From an uncultured Desulfospira sp. (GTDB lineage Bacteria > Desulfobacterota > Desulfobacteria > Desulfobacterales > Desulfobacteraceae), in assembly GCA_963663165.1 (NCBI GenBank), contig OY760175.1, forward strand, positions 1,184,001 through 1,248,000: a stretch of 64,000 nucleotides of DNA, given 5' to 3'. Positions 9,183 through 19,563 of this stretch are shown one piece after another. The notes under the pieces were generated by a model. That model did not search any database, was not told where the DNA came from, and was given only the letters and a program-made list of their open reading frames with translations. Positions within the stretch are counted from its first letter, which is position 1; every line of letters starts with the position of its first letter. Made by a program: the position numbers and the translations under genes.

Positions 9183-10802
9183 TCATGCCTCAGACGGTTC
9201 CGGGTCAGATGCCGATGGCACAGCCGGGTAGAGCGGGTTCCATTGCCCTGAAACATGAATCAGGTAATGCTCTGTGGGAAGCTGCTCCAAAAACGGCGGA
9301 TCTCCCAGCCAGCGGCGGTGTTGCTGCCAGGCGGCCACTTCCAGGGCCCCCCTTGGGCTGCGCAGGGAACCATCAGATGCGATCTCGCTGAACTTTAAAC
9401 GGTGGCTTCTGACGGGGAGATCCCCTTTCCGGAGTATTTCCAGCCGGCCGTGAACGTGAAGACCGTATTTTTCAGCGTTTCTGGCAAAATGGGTTTGTTC
9501 AAACAGGACAAAGGCGCTGGCGGTCAGACTGTTCAGGCAGTCATAGGCCCCCTGGATGAACTCAAACGTCTTTTCAAGGTCATGGTCTGTGCTGGTGGGC
9601 AGGCCAAAAATCATCAGGCCCATATTTGAAATCCCGGCCAGGCTGCCCGCCTCCAGGACCTTTTGAATATCCGGCACCACCGTTCCCTTGTTCACCAGAT
9701 CCAGCAGGCGCTGGGACCCGGTCTCAATCCCCCACCCGATCCACCGGCACCCGGCAGCTGACCAGAGAGCCATGCGGCCGGGGGTGCAGTCCCGGGTGGG
9801 GCGGCCCAGAATATGAAGGTTCACCGACAGCCCCCGGGCCAGAATCGCCTCACAGATGGCATCCATGTCTTCTGGCTGAATAAACTCGTCTGCCGAATAA
9901 AAATAGCGAACCCCCAGGGTCCGGGCATAGGTTTCAATTTCAGAAACAAAGGCCTGGGCATTTTTTTTCCGGAACCCCCCAAAGGAAAAATTATGGGAGC
10001 AGAACCGGCAGCGCCGCCAGGCACAGCCTCTGGAAAAAAGAACCGGCAGAACCGGTTCCGGGTTGAAGTATGCCTCCAGGGGAAGCCTTGAAAAATCGGG
10101 TGGCGGCAACGCTTCCAAGGAAGGGGCTGACCTGGAATTGACCTGAATCCCCCAGCCGGATCTGTACACCAGGCCGGGGACCCTGGAAAAGTCCGTTTTC
10201 CGGCAAAGGGCTGCCAGAGCGCCCTCCCCTTCCCCCTTTACGATACCGTCAATTTCCGGTACAGCGGTGAGCAGGTCTTTTACAGACAGGGCAGACATCA
10301 TGGCCCCGCCCATCACCAGGCAAGCCTTCCGGCCTGTGCCGGCCATGGCCTGATTTACTGACACGGCCAGGGCGGCGGCAAAGGGCACCTGTTCAGGGAA
10401 CAGAACCGAAACCCCGATCAGCTCGGGGTCAAAGGACAGAACCTGTTCGGTCATGGCCCCCAGCAAGGAGATGAATTTGGGGTCAGATGATCCGGCAGCG
10501 ACAAAATTTTTGGCCTGTTCCACCAGCCCGGCCATGGCCTGCCTGATCCGGTTCCAGGCTGTTTTGTGGAAAAGGGTAAGGCCGGGGTCCAGAAAATTCC
10601 CCTGCAGGCCCCGGACAAAGGCCATAAGGTCCTGACCGCCAGGGTCTTCACCTGCAGCTCTGATCCAGGCTGCGATATTCAGATCCACCAGGCGCACAGC
10701 CGTTCCGGGAACGGCCCATTCAACAAAAGGGGCCAGCGATGCAATCCCTAACGGCACATAGGTTGCCCCGGCCCCGGGCGGAAAAACAAGAACCACTCTC
10801 AA
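9183..10802 (-). CDS. B12-binding domain radical SAM protein
   Basis: N-terminal PLGIASLA cobalamin-domain start; SRGCAWRRCRFC CxxxxCxxC motif; GIETGSQRLL. Confidence 0.9.
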   Translation of the reverse strand: MRVVLVFPPGAGATYVPLGIASLAPFVEWAVPGTAVRLVDLNIAAWIRAAGEDPGGQDLMAFVRGLQGNFLDPGLTLFHKTAWNRIRQAMAGLVEQAKNFVAAGSSDPKFISLLGAMTEQVLSFDPELIGVSVLFPEQVPFAAALAVSVNQAMAGTGRKACLVMGGAMMSALSVKDLLTAVPEIDGIVKGEGEGALAALCRKTDFSRVPGLVYRSGWGIQVNSRSAPSLEALPPPDFSRLPLEAYFNPEPVLPVLFSRGCAWRRCRFCSHNFSFGGFRKKNAQAFVSEIETYARTLGVRYFYSADEFIQPEDMDAICEAILARGLSVNLHILGRPTRDCTPGRMALWSAAGCRWIGWGIETGSQRLLDLVNKGTVVPDIQKVLEAGSLAGISNMGLMIFGLPTSTDHDLEKTFEFIQGAYDCLNSLTASAFVLFEQTHFARNAEKYGLHVHGRLEILRKGDLPVRSHRLKFSEIASDGSLRSPRGALEVAAWQQHRRWLGDPPFLEQLPTEHYLIHVSGQWNPLYPAVPSASDPEPSEA

Positions 10803-11110
10803 TATCTTTATCTCCAGTTAATCCAGACGGTTACCATTTTCAAACAAAAATGGGCGATAACCTCTATCACCATTTTCAAGCTTGGGCAAGTTGAAAATCC
10901 ACTTTAATATCCGGCCCGGGTTGAAATTGAAAAAAACTGTTTAGCACATCGTTTTATGGGTGAACTTGAATCGTCCTCATTCAAAACGGCAGAACAGTTA
11001 AACCAGGGGATTTAACATGTTAAACGCCTTTTATTTCAGAACGGTTTACATGGTCTTTGAAAACAGTCTAAAATAGAGATAAACAATCTGTGAAAAGCAA
11101 AGAGGTTATT

Positions 11111-11602
11111 ATGGAGAGACGTTTCGGTCCTGAATATGCGTCCCTGGAAGATCCATCATTTATTCCCAAATACAAGGCCGCCTGTTTCTGCGGTGCCGTT
11201 CAATATGAGGTCAACGCCGACCCGGTGGATGCCAAGATTTGCCATTGCCTGACCTGCCAGAGGCTGCACGGTGCCCCGATGCAGTGGGCGGCCATTTTCC
11301 ACAAGCGTCATGTGAGATTTACCGCCGGTTTGGAGACCCTGGTGTTTTATAACAGCGAGCAGGACAGGCCGGAGCGCATTCTCCCCTGCAAGGTTCGCTG
11401 CGGCCGGTGCGGCACACCCATTGCCGATGAAGGACGCAGGATGTGGCTGGCGTTCCCGGAATTGTTTGATTTCGGATATCCTGTAAAAATACCGGCCCCA
11501 TTTAAACCAACCTGCCATATTCTATACGGCACGAGGGTCATAGAGCCTCAGGACCATCTGCCCAGGTGGTCCGGACACAAAAACCATTCCACACTGATGT
11601 GA
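11111..11602 (+). CDS. GFA family (CENP-V/Mss4-like) Zn-binding protein
   Basis: CFCGAVQY, ICHCLTCQR, CGRCGTP, PTCHI motifs; ATG 11111 preceded by AGAGG. Confidence 0.88.
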   Translation: MERRFGPEYASLEDPSFIPKYKAACFCGAVQYEVNADPVDAKICHCLTCQRLHGAPMQWAAIFHKRHVRFTAGLETLVFYNSEQDRPERILPCKVRCGRCGTPIADEGRRMWLAFPELFDFGYPVKIPAPFKPTCHILYGTRVIEPQDHLPRWSGHKNHSTLM

Positions 11603-11669
11603 CCATGCCGTTCATTGGAAGACCGTGTTTTGTGAATTCAGAATCTTTCATTACGGCCTGTTTGGGGCC

Positions 11670-11849
11670 TTATCCACTGGAAATAATATACGTTCCATCC
11701 AGCCGTTTCCACATATCCTCCAATTTCTGGTCAAGATCAGACACGGCCAGCTCATATTCTTCCGGTGTTATTTTTCCGGCGTTCAGTTTGGTCTGAATCA
11801 TGAAAAGTTCATCATCATACCATTTATCAGGATCAAAATTATAGGTCAT
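11670..11849 (-). CDS. Small hypothetical protein (59 aa, MTYNFDPDKWYDDE...)
   Basis: Hand-translated ORF below track cutoff; protein-like helical composition. Confidence 0.6.
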   Translation of the reverse strand: MTYNFDPDKWYDDELFMIQTKLNAGKITPEEYELAVSDLDQKLEDMWKRLDGTYIISSG

Positions 11850-12004
11850 GGCTTAATTGGGGTAAAGGGTTCGCTGCCTCTTCCGGCGTCAAAAAGAATC
11901 TGAGAGATATTAAAAAACCATGAGATCTCCAATTTTCAAATTCGACATCGCTGCTTACTGATTTTTATATCAAGACATGGATCAAAATTCAATCAATGTC
12001 ACTC

Positions 12005-12128
12005 CAATGTCATTAACTTAAGCGTTAATACAAGAAACTGGAAACAAGAGACAAGAGGGTGAAGCACCGTTGGCGCCCATTTTATACCCCCTGCGCGCTA
12101 TGCCAAATTTCTTAAGTTAATGGCATTG
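12005..12128. mobile_element. 124-bp MITE with IS4-like terminal inverted repeats
   Basis: TIRs caatgtcattaacttaag / cttaagttaatggcattg (17/18); flanks aatgtcactc / actgtcactc (9/10 TSD). Confidence 0.8.
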
Positions 12129-12186
12129 ACTGTCACTCTTTTCATCATGGTCGTCCCGTCCTTTTCTCGCCCCGCCATACAACGAT

Positions 12187-12331
12187 GATCCAGGGGCAAA
12201 ACCTTGGGGCTGCTGCTGCGACACCAGGGGCAGCCTTAAAAAACCGCCACAGACCCTTTGGGCAACACCACTGAATACGAATATGACGATGCCGGCAGGC
12301 GAAACAAAATCCGTTACTTTGCATCTTCAAC
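12187..12331 (+). pseudogene. Degraded RHS YD-repeat fragment
   Basis: Matches the giant RHS gene near 38395-38490 and then near 39213-39270. Confidence 0.75.
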
Positions 12332-14274
12332 GGGTGCAATCCCATTTAGTGGCATGAACTGACATGTATCCAATTTTTCCGTTTTTCATGCTGCATTGAA
12401 TACTCTGCCCTCCCAAAAAAAGCTGGACTCCTGGCTCATGAAAGGTTATATAGATTTGCATGAGCAGGACTTTAACCATTCAAGGACGTGAATTTTCAGA
12501 AGTTGATATACAAACGATACGCCATTTGATTAACGACAATCCCGCCTGGCACCGCACTCGTTTATCCAAAGAATTGTGTGCTCGCTGGGATTGGCGCACG
12601 GAAAAAGGTCTGCTCAAGGACATGGCCTGTCGAAGCATGCTGAGAAAACTTGAGCAAAAAGGGATGGTCACACTTCCCGTTGCCCGTCATAGCGGTAACC
12701 GTCAGCGGCGTATTCCCGATGTCCCCCATGATTGTAAGCCGATAGAAACCACTTTGCGTAAGATCCGCCCGATACAATTGATACCGGTATCGGGCCGTGG
12801 AGATATTGATGATTTATTCCATTGCCTTATGGATCGATATCATTACCTTGGGTGTAAAGGGTATGTCGGAGAACATATGAAGTATATGGCTTTTGATCGC
12901 AATTCTCGTCCGGTTGCCTGCCTGCTTTTTGGCTCAGCAGCATGGAAAACGGCCCCTCGTGACCGATTCATCGGTTGGGATAGGTCGGCTCGTCGCAGGA
13001 ACCTGCATATGACGACCAACAATACCCGATTTTTGATTTTGCCATGGATTCGAATTCCCCATCTTGCCAGTCATATTCTGGGTTCATGTCTTAGGCGGCT
13101 GAGCCGGGACTGGACAGCTAAATATGGTCACGATATCTGTCTGGTAGAAACTTTCGTGGATCGATCACGCTTTGCCGGAACTTGCTACCAGGCGGCAAAT
13201 TGGCAAAAAATTGGTCAAAGCAAAGGGCGAAGCCGTCAAGACAGGCACCACAGACTTCAGGTGCCGATAAAAGACATCTATGTATACCCGTTGACTTCCA
13301 ATTATAAAAAGCAGCTATGCACACAAACTTGAGGGTTTCAGTCATCGAAATGACAGGTAATTTTTCAACCTGCAATTCGAGGACTGATCATGAAACTTGC
13401 TTCCACTATAAGGGATATTCGAACCCTTCTAACAAAAGCCGTAGCTGATTTCCAAAACCATCAAAATGCTAATATCCTGTGTGAGCAGGTACGGAACGGC
13501 CTCTTCATTATTGTGGAAGCATTTCTGGTTCCCGTCATTGAAAAGGCACTGTCTGACCCGGATCTTTTATCTGAACTGAAAATTGGTGCCGGTAAAAAGG
13601 GACTGCGTTTCAACGGATACCGCCCCAGCAGCATTCGATTATTGACAGGAACTACCCTGAGCATCCGATCCCCTTACTTTTCAAAAGTTGTTTCCAAACA
13701 ACGGCCAGGCCCTAAAACAAAAAAACGACAAAAGGGGACAGGCCGCCATTTTGGGCTTGATTACCTTGGTTTTATCGGCAGGTGTTCAACGCTGTTCGCT
13801 TCGTCGGTGGTCCATGCAGCATTGCTTTGCCCCTCTTTTGAAATTGCCCGAAGATCCCTGGAAAACCATGCAATCAACTTAAATGTCAAAACCATACGCC
13901 GCATAACAATGAATCTTGCACAGGAAGCTATGCCCCTGCGTGGCCGGGTATCTTTTGGAGATACTGATCGCGTTGGTGGCAAAACGGTTCTGGTTTGTAT
14001 CGACGGCGGTCGCCTTCGAGAGCGGAGGCCAAAACGGGGACGTAAATCAAAAGGCCAAAAGCGGCAGGGATATCATGCTGAATGGAAAGAACCCATTCAG
14101 TTTGTCATACATATTGTCGATCCGGACGGCACAATATCCAAAAAACACTTGCCGGTTTATGATGCCACAATGGGCGGTATTGATGCCGCTTTTGATATTC
14201 TTGAGATCTACTTGCGTGAATTAGATATTCCCAAAGCCAAGCGTGTTGTTTTCTGCTGTGACGGTGCACGTAGA
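12332..14274 (+). mobile_element. Truncated two-gene IS element (DUF4338 protein plus ISKra4/ISLre2-like transposase)
   Basis: Begins gggtgcaatccca exactly where the RHS remnant stops; right part cut by another IS end near 14275. Confidence 0.6.
12460..13332 (+). CDS. DUF4338 (DruA-like) domain protein
   Basis: RTRLSKELC, HYLG, NNTRFLILPW, ETFVD..RFAGTCYQAANW motifs. Confidence 0.85.
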   Translation: MSRTLTIQGREFSEVDIQTIRHLINDNPAWHRTRLSKELCARWDWRTEKGLLKDMACRSMLRKLEQKGMVTLPVARHSGNRQRRIPDVPHDCKPIETTLRKIRPIQLIPVSGRGDIDDLFHCLMDRYHYLGCKGYVGEHMKYMAFDRNSRPVACLLFGSAAWKTAPRDRFIGWDRSARRRNLHMTTNNTRFLILPWIRIPHLASHILGSCLRRLSRDWTAKYGHDICLVETFVDRSRFAGTCYQAANWQKIGQSKGRSRQDRHHRLQVPIKDIYVYPLTSNYKKQLCTQT

Positions 14275-14277
14275 TAG
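13390..14277 (+). pseudogene. ISKra4/ISLre2-like DDE transposase, C-terminally truncated
   Basis: CIDGGRLRER, WKEP, and CDGA immediately before the stop; rest of catalytic domain absent. Confidence 0.7.
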
Positions 14278-14464
14278 TGCCTGACCGGAAACCCCGATTT
14301 TGAAATTTTCAGGGGGTCGATGTTTGAAAAAACCTTAAATCTTTGTTGTTCCTGTCATCACAAACCGGGAGAAATGCTTCCATCTCTGCCGGTTTTCGGC
14401 AACTTTCTCCTTTTCCGGACGCAACTGTAGTGTTTGCCGTGTTTTTTTTAAGCAATGGCCTGTT

Positions 14465-15637
14465 TTAAGCTGCTTTGCGCTGTTCAGACCCTTGCAGCTT
14501 TTTTAATCCCTTTTGTTGTATGTGATGCCCGATGATCTGGAGATTTCTTGCCAAAACCGACAGGCTCACATACCTCTTAAACCCTTGAATGCCATGATCC
14601 GGGCATCTGTCAAGACCATGATTTTCCAGTCCGTTTATGGCAGATTCCACCGCTGAATGTTTTCTTTTAAAACGAATGAAATCTTCCGCTGTTTCTTCTT
14701 CATATTCCGCCTTGTTGCATCTGCCTTTTTTCGGAAGCACCAAAATATCCAATCTGCCCTTCAGGTCCTTTTTGTTGCCTGGAGAGTAAAACCCTTTATC
14801 AAAACTGCATCCTTTGAGATCAGAAAATTTGCTTTGTGCCAATGTTACCATCGCAACGGCGACTTTATCATCGGCTTCTTTCTCCATCACCCGGTGGTGC
14901 AGGATAAAGCCATATTGGTCCTCCAGGATACATACCCGCAAGCCCAATTCCTGGGGAACACCGGCCTTGCCTTTTGAAATCCACTCCGTGTGGGGTTCGA
15001 AAATCGAAAAAATCTTGTCTTCATGGGGGATCTTTTCATCCTGTAACACCCGGCGTTTGATCAAATCAATTTGCCAAAGTGCGTAGTTGATATATGTTTG
15101 TAATTCTTCAGCTCGGGCTGCACATATAATATCGGATGCCGGTATCATTTCCACGGTCAATCGCGCCTTTTGAATATATTTTTCAGCAAGCTTGATATAT
15201 GCTGTATGGGCATCCATAATTTGCTGGACTCTTTTGGCCTTTTTCTTTTCATCCTTTGATGTGGAATGTTTCAAACGCTGGACTATTCGATAAAGCTTTT
15301 TAAATGCTTTAATATTATACGCTGATTGCCGCCACATACTCGTTCCAATGTCCTGGCTGATAATAGCGGCAATTTGAATCATTTTTCGGACTGCATCAAA
15401 AAGCAGGTTGATATCTGTGGGATCTCGAAACCCTCCACGCTTCCCTTTTTTTTGATCTGTTGAACCGACACGAACTTTATAGACCGTCCCGGGAAAGTCT
15501 TGTAATTCATCGCCTTCAAAAATTTCCTGTTCAAGTTGATCAAGCAGGGAGGATAAATCTTTTTTTATTTGAGGGTATTTTTTGGAAAGTTTTTTTAAAT
15601 CACGTTTAAACAGGCCAGTAAGTTCAATTTGAAACAT
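14465..15637 (-). CDS. In-frame chimera: RelE/HigB-type toxin N-terminus (about 71 aa) fused to the C-terminal part of an ISNCY/IS5-like transposase
   Basis: FKRDLKKL..KYP and YKVRV..KKGKRGGFR, then PTDINLLFDA, SIFEPHTEWISKGKAG, SFDKGF, HSAVESAIN; junction near 15422. Confidence 0.8.
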   Translation of the reverse strand: MFQIELTGLFKRDLKKLSKKYPQIKKDLSSLLDQLEQEIFEGDELQDFPGTVYKVRVGSTDQKKGKRGGFRDPTDINLLFDAVRKMIQIAAIISQDIGTSMWRQSAYNIKAFKKLYRIVQRLKHSTSKDEKKKAKRVQQIMDAHTAYIKLAEKYIQKARLTVEMIPASDIICAARAEELQTYINYALWQIDLIKRRVLQDEKIPHEDKIFSIFEPHTEWISKGKAGVPQELGLRVCILEDQYGFILHHRVMEKEADDKVAVAMVTLAQSKFSDLKGCSFDKGFYSPGNKKDLKGRLDILVLPKKGRCNKAEYEEETAEDFIRFKRKHSAVESAINGLENHGLDRCPDHGIQGFKRYVSLSVLARNLQIIGHHIQQKGLKKLQGSEQRKAA

Positions 15638-15638
15638 A

Positions 15639-15899
15639 TTACAGAGTCTTTAAAAATTCTCTTGCATTGGTGAGTCGTTTTCCTTGTCTTTTGGCTTCAG
15701 CTATTTCTTTTGCACTTTCAAGTAAAACTTCTCCCAAATTTTCCATATCATATTCGTCGTTATGCTCTTCGACCTCAACTGTTACTTTTAAAAATTGATG
15801 GGGTTTTATGTTGAATACTTTTTGCAATTCGGGGGGAAATTCTGCCCCTTGCATACGTCGAGTTGTAACTGGCATTGGTTGTCCCTCTAATGTTGCCAT
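15639..15899 (-). CDS. Probable type II antitoxin
   Basis: 86 aa, ends 1 nt before RelE-like start; C-terminal AREFLKTL. Confidence 0.6.
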   Translation of the reverse strand: MATLEGQPMPVTTRRMQGAEFPPELQKVFNIKPHQFLKVTVEVEEHNDEYDMENLGEVLLESAKEIAEAKRQGKRLTNAREFLKTL

Positions 15900-16049
15900 T
15901 TTAATTTAATATACCAATATAATAAGCGCATTTGCCTTATTAGTCAAATTATCTTAGAGCCACTCCCTTTTTAGATAATTGCCATTAGGCATCTCCACCC
16001 GGCTCTGCCAGGGGACTCACCAGTGTTTGACACTTCTGGGTATGCCAGC

Positions 16050-16850
16050 GCATGTCAGGTGAGAATCAAAACCATAGATCAAACTGGTTTTATTTGCCTT
16101 ACTGATATTGCAAAATCCAAGAACCCGGAACATCCTGACGATCGGATTCGAAACTGGCTGCGGAATCGAAATACCCTTGAGCTTTTGGGTATATGGGAAC
16201 AACTTTACAATTCCGATTTTAACCTCGTCGAATTCGACGGGATTAAAAAGCAGGCCGGCCTTAACAGTTTCATCCTCACCCAAACAGTGGATTTCTTTAA
16301 CAGGGCGCAATAAGATTAAGTTCCAAAGAAGGCCGTTATGGTGGAACCTACGCCCATAAGGATATCGCTTTTGAATTCGCATCATGGATATCCGTTGAAT
16401 TTAAGCTTTATCTGCTCAAAGGGTTCCAGCGGCTCAAAGAAGAAGGGGAAAGGCAGCTCGGCTGGGATGTTAAACACAGCCTTACAAAAATAAATTACCG
16501 CATTCATACGGATGCGATTCAAGAAAAACTGATTCCGCCGGAGCTGACCCAACAGCAGATCAATTTTGTCTATGCGTTGGGGGCGGATTTGCTGAATATG
16601 GCTCTCTTTGGTAAAACAGCAAAACCATAGCGGGATGAAAGTCCCGACAAAAAGGGCAATATCAGGGATTATGCCAATGTCAGCCAGCTGGTCTGCCTGG
16701 CGAACCTTGAAAACCTGAATACCCATTTGATCCAGCAGGCACTGCCCCAGACTGAAAGAATAAGATTATTGAACAATACAGCCATCCAGCAAATGCGCTT
16801 ACTGATACAAGACAGCAGCCGAATACAGTCCGGTTGGCCTGATGGACATC
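16050..16850 (+). pseudogene. KilA-N domain DNA-binding protein, frameshifted with internal stop
   Basis: ICLTDIAK, IRNWLRNRNTLELLGIWE, GRYGGTYAHKDIAFEFASWIS, KINYRIHTDAI, GNIRDYA across frames; boundaries approximate. Confidence 0.8.
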
Positions 16851-16928
16851 TACGACAGTATAGAACCGGACCGCTCAGTAACCGGTTCCATGGGGATTTA
16901 ATTTTTACAATAGGCCGATATGTTATAC

Positions 16929-18260
16929 TCAATAAGTCTTATTTTTGATGCCATATTTTTGAAGTCGGTATCGTAGTGCTCCCCTGGTGATACCAAGTTT
17001 TCTAGCCGCCTGCGACTGGTTCCAGCCGCAATGGTCCATTGCGGCCAGCATCAGGCTTTGCTCTTGCGCAGCCATATCAAAATCCCCCAAATGAAGAATA
17101 TTATCCTCGGATGCCGGCTTGGGTGTTATTATATAGGCTGGCAGGTGAGGACTCTCCACTTGTGTATCGGTGCAGGTTAATGCCACACGTTCCATAATAT
17201 TTTTAAGCTCGCGTACATTACCGGGCCAAGTATATTTTTTCAGGCATTGCAGCGCATCATCTGACACTAAAAGAGTCGGTTTGGCAAAATCTCTACAAAA
17301 TTTTTCAAGGAAAAAACAGACAAGTTCAGGGATATCAGATTTTTTTTCGCGTAATGGCGGCATATCAAGGTTGACAGTATTAAGGCGATAATACAAATCT
17401 GACCGGAATTGAGACAAACTGATCATTGTTTCTAAATTCTGGTTGGTCGCGGATACGATCTTGACAGATATACTGATCTCACGATTTGAACCTATTGGTG
17501 TAATGGTTTTTTCCTCCACCGCATGCAGCAATTTTGCCTGAAGTTCCAAGGGTAACTCTCCAATTTCATCCAGAAATAAAACTCCGTTGTCTGCACTGAT
17601 AAAAGCGCCTTTACGGTCTTGCAGAGCTCCTGTAAAAGCCCCTTTTTTGTGGCCGAACAACTCACTTTCAATAAGGTCTTTTGGAATGGCTGCACAATTA
17701 ACTTTCACAAAAGGCCCATCTTTTCTGTCAGAAGAAATATGGATGGCCCGGGCGGCAATTTCTTTGCCGGTCCCGGATTCTCCCTGAATAAGGACGGATG
17801 AATCAGTAGAGGCAAACAGGGCAATATCCTGACGAATTTTTTCCATGATAGATGAGGTGCCAAGAAGCCCATCTATCGGGTCTGCATCATAGGTATTTTC
17901 ATTTAAAGCGTGGGCGGCTGCTTCCAGAAGCTGTTTATGGTCTACAGGTTTTGTCAGGAAATCAAACGCTCCTTTTTTCATAGCATCCACAGCGGTTTCT
18001 ATAGAGCCGAATGCAGTGAGAATGATAAGGGGGACTGTTGAATAATTCAGCCGCCCGAATCTTAATAGAGCCATACCGTCCACAGGTTTCATGTTAAGGT
18101 CCGTGATGACCAGATCCGGGTGCCATTTTTGCCACAGGGACATTGCCTGGCCTCCTTCGGCTGCGGTTTTAACATCATACCCATTGTCTTGAAAAACCAG
18201 GCTAATAATCCGTAAAAGGCGCTCTTCGTCTTCGACAAGGAGGATTTTGGGTTTTGTCAT
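16929..18260 (-). CDS. Sigma-54-dependent response regulator (NtrC family)
   Basis: Receiver domain, GESGTGKE, ESELFGH, GAFTGA, FLDEIGE, WPGNVREL, Fis-type HTH. Confidence 0.95.
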   Translation of the reverse strand: MTKPKILLVEDEERLLRIISLVFQDNGYDVKTAAEGGQAMSLWQKWHPDLVITDLNMKPVDGMALLRFGRLNYSTVPLIILTAFGSIETAVDAMKKGAFDFLTKPVDHKQLLEAAAHALNENTYDADPIDGLLGTSSIMEKIRQDIALFASTDSSVLIQGESGTGKEIAARAIHISSDRKDGPFVKVNCAAIPKDLIESELFGHKKGAFTGALQDRKGAFISADNGVLFLDEIGELPLELQAKLLHAVEEKTITPIGSNREISISVKIVSATNQNLETMISLSQFRSDLYYRLNTVNLDMPPLREKKSDIPELVCFFLEKFCRDFAKPTLLVSDDALQCLKKYTWPGNVRELKNIMERVALTCTDTQVESPHLPAYIITPKPASEDNILHLGDFDMAAQEQSLMLAAMDHCGWNQSQAARKLGITRGALRYRLQKYGIKNKTY

Positions 18261-18291
18261 GTTTAGCTCCTGTATTATTTGGACAGGGGGA

Positions 18292-19563
18292 TCAATGAGC
18301 CTCGGCTCGGCTCTGGAAAACAGACGTCTTCGGCAGCCTGATGTTTGTCACAACACCACTTGGGCCGTCTGTTCTGTTTGTCATGCGGATGCTGCCGCCA
18401 TGTGCCTGAACAATTTGTCGGCACGTTGCCAGTTCCAGCCCCATTTTCTGCCCTTTGGCTGTAATAAAATTTTCAAATATTTGATCCGGGCTCCCCTCAA
18501 GGATTTCTGGGCTATTGTCCATAATCGAGACTAAAACATTTTCATTATCCTGCTCAACCGCTATGTTGATCTGCCCTCCATCAGGCATCATTTCTTCACT
18601 GTTGCGGATCAGATTACGAAGCAGTTGAGCCACTTGCCTGGTATCCGCATAGATAGTTGTCGTGCCAGGGCCTTCAGCCACATGGATATCAATATTTTGC
18701 CTGTGATCTTCACTTTCTATCCACTGATCCACAAAAAGTTGAATTATCTGCTCAAGAAAAATTTGCGAAAATTCAGGGAGAGCTTGCCGAGCCAGGTTGA
18801 GAATACCACTAGTGGATTCATTGAGCTGTGCCACTGCGGAAATTATATGTTCAAGCATTTCATGGGCCGTACTTTCAAGGTTCTTTCCAATGGACAGATA
18901 CTGGGCCGAACTATAGATAATGCCCAAATAATTTTTCAGTTCATGTGCCAAATTTGAGGTCATTTTCCCGATAAGCGCCATATTTTCGTCCTGAACTTTC
19001 TGGTCAAACAGCTGCTCAAACCGTTGTTTGCTTTTCACAAGGGCTTCACGGCAGGTGGCATTTGACAAGGCAACAGCCACCTGATTGGTAAAGCTGCCAA
19101 GCATAAGGATATCAACCTCACTGAAAATCTCACCACTGTTTTTTGATCCTACGAAAAAAAGTCCGGAAATGGTTTGGGAAATTCGCAAAGGCAGAATCAA
19201 ATTAAAGCCGTTTAGTTGAATTTCCCTGAGTTCATTTTCAAGTGCGGGGTCCTGACAGACCTGAAACGTATCAATGTACCATATTTGCGGTGCCATCAAC
19301 TCCTTTACAAGACCACTTCTATGCCAGGACAAGTGCCCGAATCGAAGGGTTTTGGGGAAGAATTGGGAATCAGTTTTATCAAATAATATCAACGCTGTAG
19401 CACCTACTTGAATGGCTTTGGGAAATTCTTCTGTCACGGTCTTTATCAGGGTTGACAGTTCCGGTGCGGCGGCGATGAGCCGGCTAAATTCATATATTAC
19501 CTTAATTAAGGAGTTATTATTCATATGATCAATCCAAATTTCATGGGCGCTCCTGTTTAGCAC
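18292..19563 (-). CDS. GAF-domain sensor histidine kinase with degenerate ATP-binding boxes
   Basis: GAF-like region, AHELKN H-box, NLIRNS N-box; G1 reads DNSPE and G2 reads GLEL; start may be 19524. Confidence 0.8.
   Translation of the reverse strand: MLNRSAHEIWIDHMNNNSLIKVIYEFSRLIAAAPELSTLIKTVTEEFPKAIQVGATALILFDKTDSQFFPKTLRFGHLSWHRSGLVKELMAPQIWYIDTFQVCQDPALENELREIQLNGFNLILPLRISQTISGLFFVGSKNSGEIFSEVDILMLGSFTNQVAVALSNATCREALVKSKQRFEQLFDQKVQDENMALIGKMTSNLAHELKNYLGIIYSSAQYLSIGKNLESTAHEMLEHIISAVAQLNESTSGILNLARQALPEFSQIFLEQIIQLFVDQWIESEDHRQNIDIHVAEGPGTTTIYADTRQVAQLLRNLIRNSEEMMPDGGQINIAVEQDNENVLVSIMDNSPEILEGSPDQIFENFITAKGQKMGLELATCRQIVQAHGGSIRMTNRTDGPSGVVTNIRLPKTSVFQSRAEAH

Noticed and set aside
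8842..9231. 129-aa ORF upstream of murA
   Set aside because: Spans non-coding repeats and overlaps the radical SAM gene end; no recognisable motifs
12460..13332. Druantia anti-phage system
   Set aside because: Only a DUF4338 gene; no DruE helicase or other dru genes; context is an IS
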